Positions 12,897 to 24,881 of a DNA stretch of 64,000 nt are shown piece by piece. The notes beneath the pieces are model-generated. The model did not search any database. It had not been told where the DNA came from and saw only the letters and a list, made by a program, of their open reading frames with translations. Each line of letters starts with the position of its first letter. Within the stretch, counting starts at the first letter, position 1. The stretch lies in the NCBI GenBank assembly GCA_025786725.1, contig JAHLTZ010000005.1, positions 806,001-870,000 of the forward strand. Reading direction: 5' to 3'. Origin of the DNA: Syncephalis fuscata S228. Taxonomy: Eukaryota; Fungi; Zoopagomycota. A program made the position numbers and the translations under genes.

Positions 12897-15296
12897 ACTA
12901 TTTGACAGATTACTAAAAACAATGGCAGGTAAAGGAGTTAGAGAGCAGGCACGCATGATAATATTGCTGATATTGGTATAGCTTAAAACGAACGCAGATA
13001 AAATTAGACACAGAAAACTTATAGCTTATACAGAGATAGTGTACAAACGATAAGTGCGTTACTGTGTGAGGATAGCTGGAATAGTGGTGGCAATGTTGTG
13101 ATGGGATAAATGAAGACAAGTAAATTTATATACACAGATATATATATATAGTAACTGGAAACTGGCTGGGAAAAGAGTACGGTTGTACTTGAACGTGGCA
13201 ATAGAGATGCATAAGCAGATATGCATTGCAAATGGGAAAAATTTGGTGTATCATTGGCATTCCAGTAATGCAGCGGAACAGCATAGCTGTTGCATCTACA
13301 AAGGACTATATGCATATTCAGCTAATAAAAATACTTACAAAGCTCCGGTATTAAATTGGGTGCGTGCAGCAGTAGTGTTTTGAGCAGACATAGATGTGAA
13401 GGCAACGACAAATGATCTGTGGTAGCGTGTAACTGTTGTTTTGAATTGTAATTAGTAAATAGTAAAGACTAGTTGAGGGGTTGCTAAAAAGGGCAGTTAT
13501 TGCAAAGGCTAGAATAATAAATAAACAAATTATCATGATGTTAGTATGTAAATACGTACAACGGGGTTTAAACGTAATCAAAAGCACAATGAACACGCTT
13601 TGACATGTCACGTTGTCGTTCTACGTGAATAGCATTTCACGAGACTATCAGCGTGCTTTTTGAAAATAAATTGAGCAATCTACAAAGGTGTAATACTAAA
13701 ATAGCGATTTTAGTAGCACGTTGTTAGAAGAAAAATACGCTAAAGCAAGAGCTGTGTGTACACGCAAGGTAAACGAAATGCAATGTGACTGCAGAGACGT
13801 GTCGAAAATCGACGCAGATAGCCATGCTGGATGGCAGCGGGTACTAAAAAATCTGCTCATTTACATCTGCGATAAGGTCATCATGGCTATTTATAGAAGC
13901 AGTGTATGATTTGATAATATTAAACACGTAATAAGCACTAATTCATTTTGTATATAATTGATAATATGGACACTAATAGAATTTTCGATATTTAGTAGCA
14001 CTGGTTGTTGATCAATTTTGCAAAGCTGACCAAATGCCACTGGTTAATGCATAATCAAACGACGCCATCTATTTTCCTTTGCATGCTCGCAATTGTGACC
14101 GATTCACAAGTTGCAAGGATAAAGGTATACACAGGGAAAAGTCGCATGCTGCTTCTCGCCGATAGATAGCAGCGATGGCAGACAAATGCTCGTGTGCATG
14201 CTATTGAATAATAGTTTTCACCATCTCTGAGACACATGACTTGTGTGCATGCATATCGTCTGCGTAAGGATGTTTTTCTACAAAGTGCGCTTTGCTCAAC
14301 TAAAAAGGGGTCATGCGTACAGTGTAATTAGTTAATGCAACGCTACTGAGCAGTGAAACCAATTCAGCAGTTTTGAAAAGGGGCATTTCTATCCTACAGA
14401 CAGCCCATTAGAAATGAATAGCATGCAGTACGACCAACGCAATTTAGACTAGAGTGAACTAGCGTGGATAATTGCTAAATCAAAGCTGAGATTCAATAAA
14501 ATTATCCATGGTAGATACCCAGCAACACCAAAAATAGCATAATACAATAATGAAATTATGAAAGTATGAAGGTATAAAAAATAATGAAAGTTACTAACTG
14601 TTTATGGCGCGCCGAAACTAATAAACTTGAAAATTTAGTGGAATGTATTAATAGAATTATGAATTAAAAGCAAGATTGTTTGATTTGAATATTAGTCAAA
14701 AAGTGGTGAAGTGTGGCATCTTTCACTGCCACCCGACTGTTGTTAGTATTTATTTTTATGTATGGCCTGGATAACCTATCAGCCTGCGTGTATTTGTCAG
14801 ACAATGCATGCTACAAGCAGAACTGCATGTATACCGTTGTTTTTTGCGTAAAATGGCGCAAACTCGTTTCCTATGCAATCGCAATTGACTGATTAGTAGG
14901 AATATACAGGTACCTACAAAGTAATACAACAAGGCTACAACGATGTATGGATGAAAGAACCGGTATTTTATGCATTCAATCAGTACTATACCAATCAAAT
15001 ACTTGGTAATTAAGCATGCAGATTATATTATCGCCGAAAAACAAAATTTGAACCGTCTTGGCCAAGGTAATGTTGTCATAGCTATTTTATTCGAGAATGC
15101 AAAACAAGTTTAAACTACCCCCATTAGGCCAAATCTGGATCTTTTACTTGAAAATTACCGTGATGTTATAGTTTAGCCAATGATAATTTAGACATTGCAT
15201 AAGGATAATATAATTCGTTGTTTCAAAGTTTTAATTATCGGTGCTTTAATGAAATTAGTATAATTATATCAAAATTGACTAATTGAATTAACTTTA

Positions 15297-17484
15297 TTAA
15301 ATCGCTAAGATAATAGAGAATATGACCGTTACAACAGTCGCGCTCAAATTAGTACCACTTAAAGATTGGCCGATGCTTGATGAGCCACTATTAGACGTGT
15401 CTTGAGATTGGACACTATTTGGTGCATTGAGTTTGGCAGCAGTCCACAAAGGCTTACCATCCTTCCAGCTTTCGGACCAGTCAGACCTGGCTGCATAGTT
15501 TGGATTGGTGATAACATTGTCTGTACTAGATTTCGGCATTACCCCGATAAGTTCTTCAACTTTTTTGATGGTGACTTGTGATTCTTTACGTTTGGTGGCA
15601 AGTGATTTTGCTGCGCCCGAATAATGTGCAGCTAGACATCGCACATTTGAGGCAGCAAGTGCTGGATTTTCAGCCACTTGCTCCTTAGGTAGACGTATAT
15701 TAACGACTACATCCCCGTAATCGGCACTAAAAGTCAAGTCCGTTTTTGGTAGTACATTTGGTAATAGATCAGGTCGATTGCCAAGTGCCGATGGAGAGAC
15801 ATAGTTGTTAATTAAATTGATTTTGGAATAAAATTCACCAATTGAGCTTTCTTTATCGCGTGTGGCTTTAATATCGCTGCTGTTCATGCCATTCATCTTC
15901 ATCCAGTCCTCGGTCACTGCTTCCGGCCTACGGAGTTGTGTGAGTGAATGACGGTCAGAGCTGTTGGGTAGAACGGCCGCCTTGTTGGCTGTAGAACTAC
16001 TTTTGCCGTCGATGCTATATCGAATAATTTCTACAGTGATGACTTTTTCAGCAGAAACTGCTTTACTGCCATTACTCGACAAGTAGATGGTTAGCATGCC
16101 AATGGCGCCTTTTTCCTTTTTACCATCTCCAAGCAGCATCTGTTCACCCGCACCAAGATCTTTTAGCGCTGTGAAGCCGGATGGTGATTCATCAAGCGGA
16201 GTAGAGTTTTGGCTACTGTTGTTTGCTGCTCCATTTGAAGTCAATTCGGCAAAGCCTTTGTACTATTGGCAGATGTAGAGTTAGAATAAAGCACTTTGAA
16301 CGTATTTTCCTTGATGTCGACAGATGGTGGCGGCAAATCCTTAATGGTTTATCAGCAACTTCAGACTTAGGACTCATTGACTCAACCGTTAACTCTGCAT
16401 ATTCATAGCATAGTGAGCGTGTATCGAGTACATCACTAACACGTAGATTATTCCATGGTTTAATAACATGATCTGATCGGGCCTGACTGCCGTCTCGCAT
16501 AGCGCCCTCAAATGTTTTTGCCTGTTTTCCATGGACATTCTGCCATGTTGCCCATATTTTATCAATCATAGCATGATGCATAAAGAATATTGGGTCGGCT
16601 ACAGAGTGCATGGTGTTCATGTGCCCTCCAAGACCGATATGCACACGCGCGTGCAGCACATTTTCTAAAGTTTGATAAAATTCGACAAAATTGGATGTTT
16701 GAGTAATAAGCCGCTGGACTGCCTCTGTGGAGTGAAAAGAATTAATGGAGTTTTTCAAGTCATATTGACGCCGTATGCAGTTTGTTTGAGCGTAATACGG
16801 TCGGTATTGGAAGAACTGTCCAGTGGTTAAGCACTGGTCATTTTCACGGCCATTGCCACCAAAATAGTCTGAACTAAGGATGATGGATGACTCTGGTGCT
16901 TGTGAATCGTATGACCAGTCCCAATACGGAAGCATGATGGCTGGGTCAATTTTTTGAAGTTCGAGTTCAAATTTGTGAATGAAGAGACGATGCCACGGTA
17001 GAAATATGGGGCTAAAGTGTGCATAACTGCTTGCTCTGTTGTGCTCGTCAACGATTTCGTCATAAATGTTGGGCTGTGTACCGGATTGTAACTTTTTTAT
17101 AGCTCCAAACAAAGACTGGCGCTGTTGTTCAGTCAATGTGCGGATTTCTTGTCGCTTTCGAATAGACGCACATTTTGCTGGTTTAACCGGCGATGTACTA
17201 CTTGAGACGGTGGTAGCAGGCACCGGCGAGTCTGCAGTTTCTGTAGGAATGCCGGTAACTGCACTATTGGCTCTGGCCACTGGATTAGGCAATGCAGGAC
17301 TAGGTGGTGTTAATGCTGGCGAAGAGGATGATGACTGGCCAGCAGTATCGGTTTTGGTTGGTGTAGATTGCGACGAGTCCACAGCAAAAACCTCTTTAAA
17401 CATACCATTGATAGCTAGCAGTATTAATACATGAATAATACTGATTTGCCATTTTAAAATGTTGTAGGTAGAGAATAGATGCAT
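15297..17484 (-). CDS. Secreted tyrosinase (type-3 copper protein) with C-terminal extension and predicted GPI signal
   Basis: Signal peptide and S/T/P linker. CuA HNRASSYAHFSPIFLPWHR, PYWDW, CuB HARVHIGLGG...DPIFFMHHAMID, CYEY. The two ORFs join through two 1-nt shifts near 16340 and 16255. Ends SNSGSSS...TVVTVIFSIILAI*. Confidence 0.9.
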
Positions 17485-18582
17485 GATGGTCACTTTTCAA
17501 AACTATTTTACTACGTAGCAATAAAGTAATAAAAATTCAACACGGAAAAGCTTAAACGTCAAAAATCTAGATGTATATGAGTGAAATAGCGAAATAGATA
17601 TGCTAAATCAGATTGATGATGAAATTGGTCGTGCGATGACAAGAGATGAAGGAAGGTTTTATGACTGGGTGTCTACAAAATAATTAGTGTGTCATTTAAA
17701 TAAATATACATGAATACCGGTTAGGTATTCATTGTAACGCCTAGTTAAAAACTTTTAAAACAGTGTTTGTTCAATTGTTCTCCTAAGAGTCCCACTGCCT
17801 ATTGTATATGTCACAAATGGGATACGGAATCATTGAATAAATAGCACGCAAAACAATGGCTGGGACTAACAATGGTATATTCAAAAGTATTAAATGGATT
17901 TTAATCTATTGTCTTAGCAAAATTTACAATTAATCGACTATTTGGCGTAGTAGATGTTAATGGAAATGCATGCTTAAGTGTGTTGACGATGTAAAAGTCC
18001 ACTTTCCAAAATAAAACAAACAATCATTGGAAGTTTTCATCATGAGCGGTATTTTTACAGAAACATATCAAGCTGTCTTGGATAAAGTTTCAACTTGGTT
18101 TTGAGTGTATAGAATTTGATGTCTGTAACACAACAAACACGATGTTCGAAAATGAATTAGGCATTCAAAAGTTTTGTTTCGTCGTTTTTAATGATAATAA
18201 TATTTTATTCAAGCAACGTTTAATCATGCGTACAGTTACATGACAATTTACGTGTTGCATAGTTTGAATTATTGCGCTGTTTTATGTAACATTAATATCT
18301 TTCCATGACTATTTTAGTTTAATCTCCGAAAATTTTATAGTTGTTACACAAGTTGTTTTAACAAAATATTACCTGTATTCCATTATACCTTGCTTTACGG
18401 TTGGTACAAATAATTAGTTCAAAATATTAATCATAGAATGTTTTCAATTAAATTTTAATGTTTATAAAATTCAAATCAACAACTTAGATTATAACATAGA
18501 CAAATGAGCTGTTTTTTAGTAAATCTATATGATAAATGCCTAGTGTATTATTTATTTAAAATTATGCAATTGACAAATCAGA

Positions 18583-20066
18583 TTATTGTACTTGAGTTGA
18601 ATTATCCAATAAATTGTTAACATAGGCCTGTACATTTTTTCCGGTGTTCTTGAATACTCTTCCAAATGCTGAAGTACCTTGGAAAAGGTTTGCCAATGAT
18701 ACAACACCATCACTGCCTACCACGGCGCTTAAACTCTTCAGCATGGCTTTGTCGTTATCAACTTGTACACCCGCATCAATGGCCGATTGTTTAAGTTGCA
18801 CAATTGCCTTGGCACTATTACTTTGTGTCGGAGTAGGCAGCTCTACAGATTTACCATCGACATCAACTGTAAACTTGGTGGCTTTGTCCGACTCGATTAC
18901 TCTACGCAACAGCTCATTGCGATGCCATAATGCAGCCGGTGAAATGTAGCCAGAAACCTGGTTTAGTTGCTTGTAAATTCGTTTCCTTCTTGTTCAAACA
19001 TACGAATTTGAGTAATGTTCATATTATTCATTTTGCACCATGATTCTGGAAGGGGAGCCATGGGAGCAGGATGGATCAAGTTGATGCGGTTTGAAGATGC
19101 CGCGGTGGCATTGGCAATGGTGTTTGTTGACTTATTCTGATCAAATGTATCAGCGCTTCGTTTAACTAAAGCGGGCAATCGGCCTTGGGTATTTTGATTT
19201 TCGTATGCTTTTACCGGATTAGCATAAACATAGCACATGTCATCGCTTTGTGTATCAAGAACACTAGAGACGACGGCGCCCCATGGTGCTAGTTCCATAT
19301 TTGGGCCCCAATTACCAGCCGCCATTGCTTGTTCTGGCCCTCTTGCTTGCCATTGTGCCCAAAATCTATCGACATTGGCATGATGTAGGAAAAATAGTGG
19401 ATCGGTTGATGAGGCCATAGTTGCAAATCTGCCACCTATATTAACATGAACACCACTATGCGGTGTGCCTTCGATTCGCGCCCAGAAGTCGTTAAAATTA
19501 TCAAAGTTTTGGATTATATATGAAACCTCTTCTGGTGTGCTAAATCTTCTGATTCTGTTACCATTACTGTATTTGCGATAAATACATTGCTTGGATAGTG
19601 TCGCTTGTAACATTGGCTTGTAGTCTTTGAATGCACCATCTTGGACGCAGCCATCAAAAGCTCTGCCATTGCCTCCAAAGTATTTATCGGACAACACGGG
19701 CGATGCATGAGGAGCCCAAGCATCAGCTGTCCAATCCCAATACGGTAGAACAACGGTAGGATCAACTTTACGTAGTGCATTTTCAAATTCCTTTACATAT
19801 TTACGATGCCAAGAAAAGAAAATCGGAGTATAATGAATACTGTTTGCCTGGTCAAGATGAAGTTGTGCCAGCTTGTCCATAGTGCTGGGTTGTCCGTCTT
19901 TCATGATTGTTTTAAGAGCATTGGCAAAACTGTTCCATTCGGTTTGTGACAAGTCACGGACTTCACGACGTATCAAAGGTTGTGTGCATGCGGCATTAGC
20001 ATGACTAACCAGTGTGGCACAGGCCGCCACCGTAAATAAAACTAGGCAATTGATGGAAAAGCGCAT
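18583..20066 (-). CDS. Secreted tyrosinase (type-3 copper protein) with C-terminal extension
   Basis: Signal peptide MRFSINCLVLFTVAACATLVSHANA. CuA HLDQANSIHYTPIFFSWHR, CuB HSGVHVNIGG...DPLFFLHHANVD, CYVY. A 1-nt shift near 18970 continues into KQLNQVSGYISPAALW. Confidence 0.9.
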
Positions 20067-20553
20067 TATTACTTGATGATAATGAATGAGTGCTGTTAGT
20101 TATTGAATTATAAATTCAGTTTCTGTGTTGCAATTGATGCTGTTAATGTTAAACAAAAATTGATGTCCTTATTGTAGTGAATGAATTTGCTGCGTAGATA
20201 TTATTGAAAATTAATGATTATGATTTAAACGTAAGTAGAAATTAATCCCTGCAATTACTATTACGATAAATGAGAATGGCGCGCGTTTGTGGATGTAATT
20301 GTGTCTGAGAAATGTATGAATCTATACGAAAATCGCTCATATTTTATAGCAACCAGGTTTGCAATGAAATTAAGAATTGTAGCATACTATTTTGTGTAAC
20401 TAGAGACAAGAATATGTTCAATCATACATCGGATTATTGCCTTGAATTTTCAAATTCATTAATTACGAATTCAAGGAAACATTCTCTGTCACTCTATGAC
20501 ATGTTATTACAAGAACCAATAATAGAGAGAAATATCTTTATTACGTGAATGAT

Positions 20554-20590
20554 GGCCTTAATACCCAGGCCTTAATATCCAGGCCTTATT
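20554..20590. repeat. 14-bp tandem repeat GGCCTTAATAYCCA x2.6 upstream of tyrosinase 2
   Basis: ggccttaataccca ggccttaatatcca ggccttatt read directly. Confidence 0.8.
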
Positions 20591-20944
20591 ATATTACAGC
20601 ACAACAGGATTTCATACTATTAATAGAAACACAATGCGTGAATATTTACATAAGTTTATTGAGTATTTTTTAATATTTATTATATTTTATTGCTGCTTCT
20701 TTGTAATTTAACATATCTGAATAATTTTTAAAATAAATAAAAAAGTGTTTATTGTTATAAACAATTTAACGTGGTGCATGATTTGCATAAAATAAATAAA
20801 CTATAAATATGCATAATTTGTTCCTGTTACATTGAAAGGTTTAAGAAGACTGGCAATCATTTGCTAAAAATAAATGTACAAATTAGAAGATGGGCCAAAA
20901 CAAATATACTTTTCTAGTTATATTTTATTACTATTATGTACAGA

Positions 20945-23251
20945 CTATCGGATGTCTATTGTTTCATAATCACCGGCGTAGAAAAACACATGACCATCTC
21001 GTGTAATATCCTATTATTTAATACAACAACGTTGATGGTAACGCATAATTAATAAACAGCAAGTGACAATGCCTCAAATGTCACCAAGGTACTTACCGTG
21101 TATAATGGTTGGTTGGGGTGTGGATGAAATGCGCCTTTTTGACGGCAATTCTGTATAATACCAATGCCGGGTGGCCTTGTAAGTCGAATACTTGATACCT
21201 GGATAGAAACAAGTGTTACTAAAACAAATGTCGCGTCAATAATTATTCATTTACATAGGAGTATGTCGAGGTGAACAAACAACGGCTACTGCCTCAGGAA
21301 GCATTATTGATAGGATACATGGGTGTGTAGATCGACTGAAGACATAAAGCACGTTTGTGTTGGATGTGTCTAATAGTACGGAACATTAGTAAATATAACC
21401 ATTTAATGATATTCAACAAATGCTTACATGAATCCATCCTAATGTCATTAGATCTCGTTTATCTAACTCGTCGAATAATGATCCTTCATCTTCTGTTTGA
21501 CAAGTGTCGCTAGTGGCCGATTGCTTAGGAATAATCAGCGTAGTAACTCGGAATGCATTACGAGACTAAATTATCAGATGTTATGTTCATATCATCGTTT
21601 AATAATGGCACTATTAAACCTACTAAAATACCACACAAAATACCACAAGTTTCTACATTGCGTGCTGTATTACGATGTGCTATTTGCAAAAAGCCTTTAA
21701 TGATACCTTGAGGCAAATAAAGACTGCGTAGTGGTTCACCCCCCTCGTCTACCGCTGTATCCGCCAATCATTAGTAATGCTGCTACTAGCTGCTCATTGG
21801 TATACTAACCTTGAATTGGTTCTTCACGTATAACAGGTGCCGGCTTAGTTATTAGCTTTGGCTTAGAAGCTGGCTTAGGTGTTGGCGGCGTAGAAGTGTA
21901 GCCGCTGGGATAAGGAGCATTATGCGCGTACATAGGCACATTATGCGATGGCATTGGTTGTACACGCCCAGGATACCATGAATGGGATGTTTTTGGAGTA
22001 GGAAAGTGAAAACGAGGTGGCACTTGTGGTCTAGCTACATTGTCGGGCAATTGAAATACGGCTGGTGGCCCTTGTTCGCTGGCATAATCGGTGGCAGAAA
22101 AGGTGATACTTTCTGGAAAGGTGTAGGCATAGCTACTGAACCACCCGGATAGAGAGACGATGATGGCGGTGGCGAGGAAGAGTTCTGATATTTAGGATCG
22201 AATAAAGGCGGTAATGGCGGGTTGTGGGCAGTGGCCACAGGCGGATAAATCCTATATTGCATTACAAAGTTGTAATCATTTCGTAATAGTAACTAATAGA
22301 TATAATTACCGATCACTTTGATTATTGGATGCCAACTCAGGATAAACGGGTCGATTTGTATTCTATGTATTATTGTCATTAGTAATTAAAACCATCTATT
22401 TTTATTATATCAAATACCGTAATCATAGCAGCAGTGCAGTTGTAGTAGTTATTGATCTATCCGGTATTAATGCCAATCTACCCTGTATTGCTATTCACTT
22501 ACTGCGATTGATGGTGTAAATTTAAACCTGCCAATCCATGTGCTACTGTCCAGCTACCGTCATTAAGTGCACCACGAATTTGGTGCCGCTCCTCTTGTGA
22601 TAATGGTATTCTGGACTCGGAAGATGAAGCTGATGGCAAATTACTATTAGATACTGATGTCGATGCTATATCCTTTGACGGCTCTTTAGATTCATTTCTT
22701 TTTAAGTGATCGTTATTTGTCGAGTTCTTTTCGGCCAGTGTCAATACCATTGGCTTTAAAGACTCTAAACGAGCAATAGTTTCGTTACATTCCTATCCCA
22801 TATATTATAATAACCATATTTGTTATTAGTATGGCTATCAATGGCAGCGTGTTCAAGCTGATACCTCTTAATAGATAGAAATCCGACGGTTCTGCTTTCT
22901 TCTTTGTACTGTGGGTGTTTAGGAAGCTCTTTTAGCACCAGTCTATCGAATTTCATACACAGCGTTTAAACACTTTAGACGGCAGTTTGAATTCCTTGTC
23001 TACTTACGTTACATAGCGCAGGAATAGAATGTAAGCTCGTATAATGTCATCCTCGGCCAGGTAAGAGCGCGCCTACATGGCAGTTGAGATTCATAATAGC
23101 CTACGCTAACGCACTCTACTGCCAGTCTTCTTACCTGTCGGTGCATCTCTTGGACTGAACGGAGGTATACTCGTAATGAGATCTCGGGTCTAACCTCCGG
23201 TAAACCTGCATCTGCCGCTTTGTTCAGCTCTTGTAAAACACGAGTCTCCAT
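20945..23251 (-). CDS. STAMBP: AMSH/STAMBP-like JAMM deubiquitinase (MIT/USP8-dimer domain, Pro-rich linker, MPN+), multi-exon
   Basis: N-terminal ISLRVYLRS...LVLKELPKHPQY. NTARNVETCGILCG. Spliced JAMM motif [21 protein letters not shown], then FHPH. Last exon ends ETIDIR*. Confidence 0.9.
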
Positions 23252-23373
23252 AGTTTTAACCAATAGTAAATCAAGAGTAATAAGATATGAAAATGTATTT
23301 TAAACAACGATACATATACATAAAGCACTGCCCTATTTATACACAACACACATGCTCACATATACACACAAAT

Positions 23374-24446
23374 TTATTTAGCATCTGGATCCTGTTTGGT
23401 AAAATTTAAATGGTCTTCATAGAAACTGATCAACTGTAACATTTACGGTCAAACACACTCTATAATTAGTATGTAATATTTACCTTAAGAGGGCATCTTT
23501 CATGAACCTGGCTAGCATGGTGTACTGTTTGTTTCCATCTTTCCTAAATAATGGTAAGTACGTACAAACACACGTCTGCTTTAACAAACATAATTAATTA
23601 CCATAGCAAATAAACAAGCAAATTATTATTAGCTATTCGTTCCACTGTCTCCACTTTAAGTACATGGTCTTCCCAATCGATCGAATAACTAATATCACTT
23701 ATAAGACTCGTTTTACTTGAGGGCGTATTGATAGACGATTTGCTGTCAATAGATGAATTTAACTTTGATTTGTCATCAGGCGTATCTGTTATATTGTTAT
23801 ACTGTTAAATAACATTGACTTATACAATAATACTTGAGTCAGCCTTACCATTCAATTTGAATTCTTCCGCATTGCTAACATCAGAACGTCGTCGTTTATT
23901 TGAACTTTCTTTTTTCTTTTTATTACCACCATTGGCATGAAAATTACGCCAATAATCCTCCAATAACTCTTCAGCATTTCTAATCACATTTCAATTAGTA
24001 ATTACGTATAAGCAATAATTAATAGCCTACACATTTTCTATATCTTCCCATGTATTCTCATCATCAGGATAACCTTTCCATTTAATAAGAAATTGCTGTC
24101 TTCCCTAATAACAATGATGACAATAATGGCAATGATTAATAACAAAATCGGCTATAATTACCACTATTGACTACCTTGCGATTACGATTACCGATAATTG
24201 CTTCAACTTCATATACACCTTCTTCCAAGTTTTCTTCCTTTACTAAACCATCTTCAATCTTGGCTTTGGTATCTTCATGTTTAATTTTAATATCTTCATC
24301 TTCAAGGTCAATAATCTCATTATAAGCCTTTTTGCTCCCTTATTTACATGATGGTTAGTTTATATCTAACCGTTTAATAGACTTACCTGTAGCGGTGCCT
24401 GTTTTTTACGAGAATGAGACAAGCCGATTCCCGATTCCAATTCCAT
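23374..24446 (-). CDS. swi6: HP1/Swi6 chromodomain plus chromoshadow protein, ~7 short exons, not in the ORF track
   Basis: Spliced chromodomain VYEVEAIIGNRNRK|GRQQFLIKWKGYPDDENTWEDIENV. Chromoshadow DWEDHVLKVETVERIANNNLLVYLLW|KDG...HERCPLK|LISFYEDHLNF. Confidence 0.9.
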
Positions 24447-24881
24447 TGAGTCTAGTTCTTACGTCTGTATCTTGCTAATGTCCCGGTGATAGCAGGGTAG
24501 AAGCAGTCCAATGACTTAAAGACAAACCTTTAGACTGGGCACTAGTATAGTGTTGCAACAAATCTCAATTTACTGTCAAGTGTTGTTTAAATGCCAGTGT
24601 AGTGAAATAATTGGTCGTCAATATTGACTGCTATACAAATAGTTGTAAATATTTACAACCAATAATATAATACTAACAGATATTATTATTATAATAACAC
24701 TACTGATAAGTGGATTCAGAGGTAATATCGAGTATTTGTATCAAAGGCCAATTGTATAATAAATAAACAGGAAATGGAATTTGTATGTCAATGTTGAACA
24801 AAATAGATCGAATTAATAGTTAATTAATCATTGAATTTAAACTGTAGATTTATATAAACACAATATTTTCTTTTTTTTATC
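24447..24881. promoter_or_regulatory. Bidirectional promoter between swi6 and grc3 containing perfect palindromes
   Basis: TGTTGCAACA (24551-24560), GTCAATATTGAC (24617-24628) and GTTGTAAATATTTACAAC (24642-24659) lie between divergent start codons. Confidence 0.6.
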
